A stretch of DNA of 35,875 nucleotides from positions 1 to 35,875 of the forward strand of contig JAHJAQ010000117.1 of NCBI GenBank assembly GCA_018813975.1. Direction: 5' to 3'. Positions 18,270 to 26,688 of this stretch are shown here, in pieces. Source of the DNA: Candidatus Micrarchaeota archaeon. Its GTDB lineage: Archaea; Iainarchaeota; Iainarchaeia; Iainarchaeales; JAGVWC01. The notes beneath the pieces are model-generated. The model saw only the letters and a program-made list of their open reading frames with translations. It made no database searches and had not been told where the DNA came from. The position numbers were made by a program, and so were the translations under genes. The stretch's first letter is position 1. Each line of letters opens with the position of its first letter.

Positions 18270-19949
18270 ATGGTAGAATCTTTTTCTGAATCCGAAAAAA
18301 AAATCTTGTTGCGTTTTTGTTCAAATATAGACAAGCCTATTTTTGTGCTCAAAAACCTGCCAGAAGCCGTTAAAGGCGCTTTATTTTCACGATATTCGCG
18401 TAGTGCCAAGGGCTTGCGCAGATTGTTATTGGATGAGTTTATTCAAAACCCGGATTTGGATTTTCAAGATATTGTAGAAAGAGAAATTGGCACTGGAATG
18501 GATGCCTTAGTAGCCACCAAAAAGGCCGATACCTTTTATGCGCGTGTGTTAGATGGTTTTGGAGATGATTCGGTTGGAGAGTTAGGGGGGGCGCATGTTG
18601 CCATTGAAGATGTAAGCAATATTGCCACTAAAGTATTGGAAGATGCACGATTAGGCGGTTCTCCATTAGAAAAGTCTTCGCGCTATGTTTTTTTTGATCA
18701 AAAAGAAAACGGAGAATACCGTTTTTTGCGCGAACCAACCATTATGGCTTCCGAGTTTGCAGATGATTACCTTCAAGTTAACAACTTGTTGTTTGATACC
18801 TATTCCAAGCTCGTCCAACCAGTTTCTCATTTTTTTGAAGAACACTTTCCAATTGAAAACTTTTCTTTTATAGTGGATTATACTACTAAAGAAGAACAAA
18901 AGTTTCCTACTATTTCGGATGAAACCATTCAAAAAAGAGCCCAAAATGCCTATCATGCCAGTATTCGTGCTAAAACCTGTGATGTATTGCGCTATTTACT
19001 GCCAGTTTCTACTCTTACGAACTTAGGTATTTTTGGAAACGGTCGTTTTTTTGAATACTTATTGCGCAAGTTGTATTCTAATCCTTTAAAAGAAATGAAT
19101 CAAATTGCGGACTGCATGCACACGGAACTTAATACGGTTATTCAACCTTTTGTTCGAAGGGCTAAACCCGATTCTTATCTTTCTGACTTGTACCAAGAAT
19201 CAAGAAATCACATTCAAAAAATCGTGCCACCAGAAAAAACCCCTTCCAATAGTGTTTCGCTCGTGCATTTTGATCCAAATGCAGAAGAAAAAGTATTGAC
19301 TCATGCATTGTTTGAGCACTCGCGTCTTTCCTTGGAACAATGCCAAAAAATGGTTTCTACTCTTTCTTCTGAAGAAAAAGCAGTATTACTAAAAACCATT
19401 GTGGGAAAGCGCAGGACTAGAAGGGATAAGCCTTCTCGTGCATTTGAAAATGCGTTTTACACGTTTAGCTTGTTAGGAGATTATGGCATGTACCGCGACT
19501 TGCAGCGCCATCGGGTACTAACCCAACAACGCCAAGAAATAACAGTTGCTCATGGTTTTGAAACCCCTGCAGAATTGATTACCGCTGGTTTTGAAAAGGA
19601 TTTTGTAGACGCCCTTAAAAGTGCGGAAGACTTGTATAATCGCATGTATCCCAAACTGTCGCTGGAAGCACAGTATGTTGTTCCCTTTGCCTATCGCATT
19701 CAATGGTATATTACCATGAATTTGCGCGAAGCCTTTCATTTCATGGAATTGCGTTCTAGCAAACAAGGCCACCCATCCTATCGTAGAATGACTCAGCAAA
19801 TGTATCATGAAATTGAAAAAGTGCACCCCACTTTAGCCAAATTATTGCAATTCGTTGATTTGAATTCCTATGATTTGGCCCGAATTGACGCGGAAATGCG
19901 TTCACAACACAAAAAGGGCGATCGTGAAAAAGAATCCAAGGCCGCTTAA
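18270..19949 (+). CDS. thyX: FAD-dependent thymidylate synthase, long two-domain form
   Basis: GALFSRYSRS, GDDSVGELG, PLEKSSRY, RDLQRHR, MNLREAFHFMELRS..QGHPSYR. Confidence 0.92.
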   Translation: MVESFSESEKKILLRFCSNIDKPIFVLKNLPEAVKGALFSRYSRSAKGLRRLLLDEFIQNPDLDFQDIVEREIGTGMDALVATKKADTFYARVLDGFGDDSVGELGGAHVAIEDVSNIATKVLEDARLGGSPLEKSSRYVFFDQKENGEYRFLREPTIMASEFADDYLQVNNLLFDTYSKLVQPVSHFFEEHFPIENFSFIVDYTTKEEQKFPTISDETIQKRAQNAYHASIRAKTCDVLRYLLPVSTLTNLGIFGNGRFFEYLLRKLYSNPLKEMNQIADCMHTELNTVIQPFVRRAKPDSYLSDLYQESRNHIQKIVPPEKTPSNSVSLVHFDPNAEEKVLTHALFEHSRLSLEQCQKMVSTLSSEEKAVLLKTIVGKRRTRRDKPSRAFENAFYTFSLLGDYGMYRDLQRHRVLTQQRQEITVAHGFETPAELITAGFEKDFVDALKSAEDLYNRMYPKLSLEAQYVVPFAYRIQWYITMNLREAFHFMELRSSKQGHPSYRRMTQQMYHEIEKVHPTLAKLLQFVDLNSYDLARIDAEMRSQHKKGDREKESKAA

Positions 19950-20017
19950 TGAGGAATGTGCCTTCGATAAATGTGCTTGTGTTTAAAGGATTCGTTTGCA
20001 AGGCTTTTTTGAGGACA

Positions 20018-21040
20018 ATGCAATCCATTTATTTCTCTTTTTCCGGTTCTTTTTCTGAATCCTTACTCCAAGAACTTGCCGAGTACATTAAAAAATCGCT
20101 ACAATCCTTTGAATTTAACTCTTTTTTAGTGGGGTGTTCTTTTCCCTATTCATTATCCGAGGATGAAAAAAGTCTTTTAAAAAAAGAGTTCCACTTTGCA
20201 CTCGTAAAAAAACTGGAAAGTGTTTTAGAGAAAAAACCCGATTTTTCCAATCCCCACATCTCAATTACCATTGATTTTAATGCGCGCAAAATTAATTGGG
20301 AGATTCGCTCGGTTTTTATTGAAGGAAACTATAATAAGTTTTCAAGAAAAATCGCACAAACTATTTTTTTTTGTCCGAAGTGCAAAGGAAATGGGTGTGC
20401 TTATTGTCGCCAAAAAGGAAAACTTGGTTTGGAAAGTGTGGAAGAACTAATTGGAAAACCGGCCCAAAAATTGTTTCAAGCCAGTTCTTTTTTGTTTCAT
20501 GGTTCGGGGCGAGAAGATGTGGATGTGTGCATGCTGGGAAATGGGAGGGGTTTTGTTTTAGAATTACTGGGGCCTAAAAAACGTTTGGCGGATTTAAAAA
20601 AACTAGAAATCGAAATTAATAAAACCGCTAAAAAAAAGATTTCGGTTCATTCTTTAGTTTTTTCAAACAAAAAAAGAGTAATTGAATTAAAAGAAAAGCG
20701 TTCTTTCAAAAAATATCATTGTATTATAGACTGTTCAAAACCAATTTTAGAAACCAAACTAAAAGAACTCGTGGGAAAAGAATGGGTGGTGCTACAACAA
20801 ACACCACTGCGCGTAATTAAACGAAGAAGCGATTTAGAAAGAAAACGAACCGTAAAAATTGTGTCCATTCAAAAAAAATCTAAAAAACAATTTGAAGTAA
20901 CTGTACTGGCTGAAGCGGGTCTTTACATCAAAGAGTTTGTGAATGGTGATTCCAATCGCACGAAACCAAATTTTTCTTCTCTACTGGAAAACGATTGTTC
21001 GTGCACTCAATTGGATGTAATAGAAATTTTAGATCCTTAA
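20018..21040 (+). CDS. pus10: tRNA pseudouridine(54/55) synthase Pus10
   Basis: GNYNKFSRKIAQT, CPKC.G.GC..C, HGSGREDVD (catalytic Asp), QQTPLRV, GLYIKEFVNGD..RTKP; likely start ATG 20018. Confidence 0.93.
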   Translation: MQSIYFSFSGSFSESLLQELAEYIKKSLQSFEFNSFLVGCSFPYSLSEDEKSLLKKEFHFALVKKLESVLEKKPDFSNPHISITIDFNARKINWEIRSVFIEGNYNKFSRKIAQTIFFCPKCKGNGCAYCRQKGKLGLESVEELIGKPAQKLFQASSFLFHGSGREDVDVCMLGNGRGFVLELLGPKKRLADLKKLEIEINKTAKKKISVHSLVFSNKKRVIELKEKRSFKKYHCIIDCSKPILETKLKELVGKEWVVLQQTPLRVIKRRSDLERKRTVKIVSIQKKSKKQFEVTVLAEAGLYIKEFVNGDSNRTKPNFSSLLENDCSCTQLDVIEILDP

Positions 21041-22119
21041 ATTTCTCTTTCAATCAGATAATCTGCAAAAGATTTCAAGGTTTTCTTGGCTTGACTTTCT
21101 TCTAGTCTAGTATCAAGCTGTTGCCATGCATTTTTAACGAGGGTCCGGGCTTTTTCTTTGGCATATTCAATGGAATTATTTTTTTTCAAGATTAAAATAG
21201 CTTCTACTATTGTGGCTTGGTCTTCCGGATGGCTGTTTAGAATCTCCAATAGTCTTTTTTTGTCTGGTTGGCTTTCTTGGTGCAAGGAATGAATCACCAT
21301 TAGGGTTCTTTTGCCTTCGTGAATATCTTCTCCAATTCCTTTTCCTTGTTGGAACTTTTCTCCCGTTAGGTTTAGGATATCATCTTGGATTTGAAAAGCA
21401 ATGCCAATGGTTTCTGCAAACTTTCCCAGTGCTTCGAGTTGTTCTTGGGTGGCATCTCCCAGTACGGCGCCAATTTTGGCAGCCAGTCTTGCGAGAGTTC
21501 CGGTTTTGTAGGCACACATTTGCAAGTATTCTTTTTCTGTTACATCATATTTTTGGCCGCGATGCCAGTAGATGTCCATGGCCTGGCCGGCATGGCACTT
21601 TAACACTTCTTGTGAAACCAAATTATTTAGTTTTAATAACTTTTTTTCTTCTAAGCCATAATAATTGTTGTACAAGAGGGGAGTGGCGAGAAAGCACATG
21701 GCACTTCCCAGGTTTACTGCAATATCGATTCCAAAAATCTTGTGAATGCATGGCTTTCCCCTTCTAACTTCTGAGGAATCCTCTATGTCATCTGACACTA
21801 GTGTTCCATTATGAATAATTTCCACTAATGGCGTGAACTTGAGAGCAAGTTCTTTTTTGCCTCCTAATGCTTCACAAGACAGAATAAGTAAGCCTGGTCT
21901 CCATCTTTTACCCCCTCGATCCAATAAATCCCAAATAGGTTTGGAAAGAGCATTGGAAAGAGATTCCGGGTCATACACAAAATCGGCTTTTCCCAGGGTT
22001 TTTTCCAGCCATTCAGGAGAAAGAATTCGAGGCACGATTTTTTCGATTTCCCGATCCACCAATGGAAGGATTTCTCTCAAATAGGCTTCAATCGGTTGTT
22101 TGTTGGTTTCTTTGGGCAT
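21037..22119 (-). CDS. Trans-isoprenyl diphosphate synthase (probably GGPP synthase)
   Basis: GGKRWRP, FARM DDIED...RRG, GQAMD, KTG, SARM FQIQDDILN, DIHEGK. Confidence 0.93.
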   Translation of the reverse strand: MPKETNKQPIEAYLREILPLVDREIEKIVPRILSPEWLEKTLGKADFVYDPESLSNALSKPIWDLLDRGGKRWRPGLLILSCEALGGKKELALKFTPLVEIIHNGTLVSDDIEDSSEVRRGKPCIHKIFGIDIAVNLGSAMCFLATPLLYNNYYGLEEKKLLKLNNLVSQEVLKCHAGQAMDIYWHRGQKYDVTEKEYLQMCAYKTGTLARLAAKIGAVLGDATQEQLEALGKFAETIGIAFQIQDDILNLTGEKFQQGKGIGEDIHEGKRTLMVIHSLHQESQPDKKRLLEILNSHPEDQATIVEAILILKKNNSIEYAKEKARTLVKNAWQQLDTRLEESQAKKTLKSFADYLIEREI

Positions 22120-22222
22120 ATTTTATCTTTAGTCCCAATCATTTAAAAAACGCTTTTTTTCCGGTTTTTGAAAGGACATATCCCCTAGATTTTTATACTG
22201 CTATTGTCTTTTGTATGCTGTT

Positions 22223-22456
22223 ATGAAAGGAAATGGAAAGTTTGCTGCCCTGGTTCGAGCGTACTTTTTTTTAACAACTGCGGCTTTTTTGATTGCGATT
22301 ACGTGTTTTTCATTGGTGCAAGGCCTTTTAGTGCATTTTGGGGGGGCTATGACAGATGCTTTTATATTTTATTTTTTGGGCTGGGTTACCTTAGGAGCGG
22401 GTTTGCTTCTTTTTGCGCATGGTAGAAGCAAGTTGCGTGTTATTTCTATTTCCTAG
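22223..22456 (+). CDS. Small two-helix membrane protein
   Basis: Two hydrophobic segments; TTTTATA about 25 nt upstream of ATG 22223; 4-bp convergent overlap with the DHH gene stop. Confidence 0.6.
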   Translation: MKGNGKFAALVRAYFFLTTAAFLIAITCFSLVQGLLVHFGGAMTDAFIFYFLGWVTLGAGLLLFAHGRSKLRVISIS

Positions 22457-25257
22457 TGTTCCTGGAATTGGCTTTCAATTTTGTGTTCTAACAACTCTAA
22501 AAACAATTCTTGGTTTTGGGCTTCAATCTTGGCACCGGCTGCAATGCGATGTCCGCCACCAACGTTTTCTTTTCCTTTTAATTCCGCACAGATTTCTTTG
22601 AATGCGTTTCCAAGGTTTAATCCTTTTCGAATGAGTTCTTGGGTGGCCCGTCCACTCACTTTTATTTGACCTTCCGGATAGCGTGCCAATGCAATAATGG
22701 GTTTTTGAAATCCAATAGTGCCGCTTCCATACAACATGCCCGCTACAATTCCCACAATGGAATCACTGATATTGGTTTCAGCGTCAAAAAAATAGTATTG
22801 TTTTTTTTCCTGAATGCCTTGTTCTTGTAAAAATTGAATTCCTTCTCGCAATTGTTTTCGGTGTTGTGCCAGCAAGGACAATGCTTGAGCATACGCTTCT
22901 TCTCGGTCTCCCAAACAAATCTGCAAACCAATTTCTGCCCTATTATGTCTTCCAGTAGAATTTAATAGCGTGGCAAATTCTTTGACATCATATAAAGGAG
23001 ACCGGTTGTTTTCATGCGGTAAGGAATACACTTCTCCAATGAGTTTTTGGATTTTCCATTCTGGAACCCGGTGTTCATACAAGTGCACTATTAAAGCAGA
23101 GCTCAACACTTTTTTTTGATTTGGTGATAGCATTTCATAGGAAACCCATTTGTCACTTTCTCTTAAATCAATTTTCAGTTCTTGTAAGAATTGTATACAA
23201 TTTTTTTCATGGGCCGTTAATTCGGGTAATATCGGGTTAGAAGCAAACAATAAGAATTGAGTGAGAGGCCTGGAAATCCTGCCATACAATCGCAAGTCAA
23301 TTCTTTTTTCAAGAACCTTTGCGTTAATCCCGATTTTTGCAATTTTTTGGTTCAATCCAGTTAGAGAACCGTGCTCATCCTGCATATCCCCCACCGCCCC
23401 CACAATCGCCAGTGCAGCAAGATCCATGTTTTTGGGATCTACGGTTTGAGAAAACAAAAAAGCCATTCCACTCGCGGAAACTTCTTGGCCGCCATCAAAT
23501 CCATACAATAATGGATTACAATGAAAGGCATGTTTTATGAGTTGGGATTGGTGGTGGTCTAAAACAAAAAAATTGTCTCCAAGAGTTTTTTGTAAAAAAT
23601 CCAATTGCCCAGAGCCAAAATCCAAGAAAAAATAGTTTTTTCCCATTTCTTGTATTTCCGGAATGGTTTCCGAATACAATTGTTTGAGTACTTTTGTTTG
23701 AAATCTTTTGTTCAATCGTTGCAGGGTTTTGGCAAGAATAGCGCCTGCCGTAATTCCATCCGAGTTTTTTAGGACTATATTATTGCAGATAAAATTTCCT
23801 TCCTCAGTTTCAATATCATAGACTGTTGTTTCCGTTCCATTGGATACCGTTCTACATTCCTTTTTTGGTTCAAATTCGAGATCTTGTTCAAAAAGAGTGG
23901 AAAAGCGTTGTTCTAGTGAGGAATCATTACACTCGGAAACAATTCGTTGCAACATTGGCCGAGTAATTTTTTCCGCTTTTTTTCTTCGTAACAATTCATC
24001 CCAGAATTGCTTTTTTCCAGTTTTTTCATACAATAGTTGCAGGGTTTTTTTTCCAATCGGAACAATTGATGTTGGATGCTCAACAGCAGCAAACTTAATT
24101 TTTTCTCTTTTGTATTCTTGCAAAAATCCAATCTGGTTGTAAAATATTCTTTTGTAGGGAGTAGCGTTTATACTTATCTTATATCCGTCGTTTCCATTTT
24201 TGGAATCCATTCGAACACAACTTCGAATGCCAAAAAAAAGCAACAAAGTTTGAATATCCCTACAAAGCCCTTCCGAAAAAGTAGTTGCATTAATATCTCC
24301 CTTACTGACGGTACCGTCTCCAGAAAAATAACCGCTCAAAAGGGCTGCGATTAATTTGGGATGCATTCCAAAGACCCATGGGGGTATGCGCTTGGTGTAA
24401 CTTTTTCCCTCAAAACCAAGATGCCTCATGGTTTGATATAATGTCTTTGACTGTACAATTGCTGTAATTCCACTATCCACTATGGTGGCCCCTTTGGAAC
24501 CAAAACGCTTGAAAACCGATTTAATGATATTAGCGCATTCATGGTCTCCATAAGCCGAAACATGAATTCCCGTTCCTCCTTTGGTGTTATGATAGCAACC
24601 ATCGGCTACCCATAATCCAAAAAAAGTCATTAGTTCTTCATCAACTTGCATGTTTTTTTCAATAATTGATCTTCCACAAAGCACAAAAGTACCGTTTCTG
24701 TTTTGGACTAGTTTTGAAAAAAGCCTGTTGGATTCTAGGTCAATAATTTTTTCTTTGTTAAATGGTGGAAAAAAGCGGGGCGTACAAACCCAATTAATGG
24801 TTTCTGGTTTTTGTGCTTCTAATCGTTCATTTTCAAGCCCTATAATAGAATGGTCTTCCGTAACTTTTATACTTCCAATCCGTGTTTTTACTTCTAAAAT
24901 CTTTTTGGTGGTGGTATTTTTCAACAACGCTTTAACTTTACTCAACTTTATTTTTCCTTGTGGTGTTATTGAAAAGACACGAATATTTTTTGGAAGCACA
25001 ACTACTTTTCCATCTGTTCGAAGCGAGACTCCACACTCTTTAGCTAATCGGGTGAATAGTTCTTCAATTGTCTGTCGTTTTGCACCATCGGGCCATTCTA
25101 CAATAAGTTCTGCATCGCCCAAAACACTGTCATAATTCGTAACAATCACCCACTCATCGCGTTCTTTGAAAGCCATTGCCATTTTCACTAGTTTTTCATG
25201 GAGTCCTGTCCAATCCCCTTTTTTTGGTGGAATTTGTGTTGAGTGCGTCTGATGCAT
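22453..25257 (-). CDS. Archaeal RecJ-like DHH/DHHA1 nuclease containing an intein (479-aa mature protein)
   Basis: After intein removal: VTNYD|SDGITAGAIL (motif I), FLDFGSG, VLDHH, VGAVGD, DHHA1 KVSGR and GGGHRIAAGA. Confidence 0.92.
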   Translation of the reverse strand: MHQTHSTQIPPKKGDWTGLHEKLVKMAMAFKERDEWVIVTNYDSVLGDAELIVEWPDGAKRQTIEELFTRLAKECGVSLRTDGKVVVLPKNIRVFSITPQGKIKLSKVKALLKNTTTKKILEVKTRIGSIKVTEDHSIIGLENERLEAQKPETINWVCTPRFFPPFNKEKIIDLESNRLFSKLVQNRNGTFVLCGRSIIEKNMQVDEELMTFFGLWVADGCYHNTKGGTGIHVSAYGDHECANIIKSVFKRFGSKGATIVDSGITAIVQSKTLYQTMRHLGFEGKSYTKRIPPWVFGMHPKLIAALLSGYFSGDGTVSKGDINATTFSEGLCRDIQTLLLFFGIRSCVRMDSKNGNDGYKISINATPYKRIFYNQIGFLQEYKREKIKFAAVEHPTSIVPIGKKTLQLLYEKTGKKQFWDELLRRKKAEKITRPMLQRIVSECNDSSLEQRFSTLFEQDLEFEPKKECRTVSNGTETTVYDIETEEGNFICNNIVLKNSDGITAGAILAKTLQRLNKRFQTKVLKQLYSETIPEIQEMGKNYFFLDFGSGQLDFLQKTLGDNFFVLDHHQSQLIKHAFHCNPLLYGFDGGQEVSASGMAFLFSQTVDPKNMDLAALAIVGAVGDMQDEHGSLTGLNQKIAKIGINAKVLEKRIDLRLYGRISRPLTQFLLFASNPILPELTAHEKNCIQFLQELKIDLRESDKWVSYEMLSPNQKKVLSSALIVHLYEHRVPEWKIQKLIGEVYSLPHENNRSPLYDVKEFATLLNSTGRHNRAEIGLQICLGDREEAYAQALSLLAQHRKQLREGIQFLQEQGIQEKKQYYFFDAETNISDSIVGIVAGMLYGSGTIGFQKPIIALARYPEGQIKVSGRATQELIRKGLNLGNAFKEICAELKGKENVGGGHRIAAGAKIEAQNQELFLELLEHKIESQFQEH
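23764..25128 (-). mobile_element. Intein with LAGLIDADG homing endonuclease (455 aa)
   Basis: Block A SVLGDAELIV, block B IKVTEDHSI, LAGLIDADG-type FFGLWVADGC and LLSGYFSGDGT, block F/G VYDIETEEGNFICNNIVLKN followed by +1 Ser. Confidence 0.94.
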
Positions 25258-25365
25258 ATACTATTACTTTTGGGAACAGGTGTTTTTAATCGCTATTCCG
25301 GTGAATTACCACTGAATGCTGCAAGTCGGCCTTTTTTAAGCCCTTTTCCACCTTTTAGTAAGTAT

Positions 25366-26688
25366 ATGGGTTTTTTGAATGGTTTGAAAGGGGTTTTTGG
25401 GGGCAGTTCTAAGCCACCAGAGGCCATTAGCCTTTTGTTTGAAGAAACCGAACAATGGATTCGAAAATCCACCGCATCCCATTTAGAGTCCCTCAAAAAG
25501 GCCACGCTAAATCGTTTTTCCGAGATTCGATTTTTGCTAAAAGAACTGGATTCCAATTTAACAGCACTTGAAAAAAAAGAAGTAAATGAAGAAGAAGCCA
25601 GTCAACGCGTGCAAAAAGTAGTTTCTTCTTCTCAGCATGCACTGGTCGGACGTTTAAAGGGATTGTTGCACAAAGTAGAGCCCCCGCAAATAGCGGAATG
25701 GCAACAAATGCGCGAATACGGTTTAAATACTTTTTCCGTACTCCAAAACGAAATGGCGTTGTTTGGCAAAAACATTGCCTATACCAGTATTTTATTGCGA
25801 AAAGAAGTCAAACAAATTGGCGTGCGATTAAGCGAACTTGAAAAGATTTTGAAAGAACTTTCCCGGTCTTTTGATACCAATTCTTTGTTTGAACAAAGTC
25901 AAAAGAGCCAATCCATCCACCAAGAGCTAGTTCAACTACAACAAGAAAACACTTCACTCCGGCACCAAGCAGTTCAAGTAGAAAAAGAACTACAACAAAC
26001 CAATCAAAAACTACTGGAACAACAAAAAACCCTTACCGCGGTTCAAGACTCTAGAGAAGCAAAAGAACTAGAATCATTACTGGAACAAACCAAAGAATTG
26101 GATGAAAAAAAACAAGCATTAAGTCGAGAATTATTCGAGCTTATTGGGGGGGTTGACAAGCCATTAAAACGATTTAACCAGTTGGTGGTTTCCAAACACT
26201 GGCATTTGGAAAAAAACCAGGTTCTTTTTTTGGCATTGCTTGTTAAAAATCCTGCTTCTGCTTTTGAATCCGATCCCAAAGCCCAGTCTTTTAAAGCAAT
26301 TTTAAAAGAAATGCAAAGCGCGATTCAAGACCAAAAAATTTCTTTCAAAGATGGAAAAGAAAAAGTCAAGCGATTGGCTTCTTTAAACCAATTATTGGAA
26401 TTTGATTTTTTCTCCAATTTTTTTTGGAAACAAAACGAACTTGAAAAAAAGAATCAACAAATCGAAAAACAAATTCACTCTAATCATTTTTCCAAAAAAC
26501 TAAAAGAAGAAACCCAGCATTTACAACAAGCACGCTTAGCTGCCAATCAATCTAAAGAAGCGGTTTCCCAAAATCAGTCCGCCATCCAAAAAAATATAGG
26601 GATTCAACAAGAAAAGAAAAAAGCATTGGAAAAAATATTGTCCAAGATTGCGTCTGCTTCTGTTACAATTTCTTTTTCCAGTGCATAA
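25366..26688 (+). CDS. Coiled-coil-rich hypothetical protein
   Basis: Long ORF rich in Q/E/K/L heptads; start corrected to ATG 25366 (MGFLNGLKGVFG), about 25 nt after TTTTAAG. Confidence 0.8.
   Translation: MGFLNGLKGVFGGSSKPPEAISLLFEETEQWIRKSTASHLESLKKATLNRFSEIRFLLKELDSNLTALEKKEVNEEEASQRVQKVVSSSQHALVGRLKGLLHKVEPPQIAEWQQMREYGLNTFSVLQNEMALFGKNIAYTSILLRKEVKQIGVRLSELEKILKELSRSFDTNSLFEQSQKSQSIHQELVQLQQENTSLRHQAVQVEKELQQTNQKLLEQQKTLTAVQDSREAKELESLLEQTKELDEKKQALSRELFELIGGVDKPLKRFNQLVVSKHWHLEKNQVLFLALLVKNPASAFESDPKAQSFKAILKEMQSAIQDQKISFKDGKEKVKRLASLNQLLEFDFFSNFFWKQNELEKKNQQIEKQIHSNHFSKKLKEETQHLQQARLAANQSKEAVSQNQSAIQKNIGIQQEKKKALEKILSKIASASVTISFSSA

Noticed and set aside
23764..25128. Free-standing homing endonuclease or group I intron
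   Set aside because: Continuous in-frame translation with intact splice-junction residues identifies it as an intein
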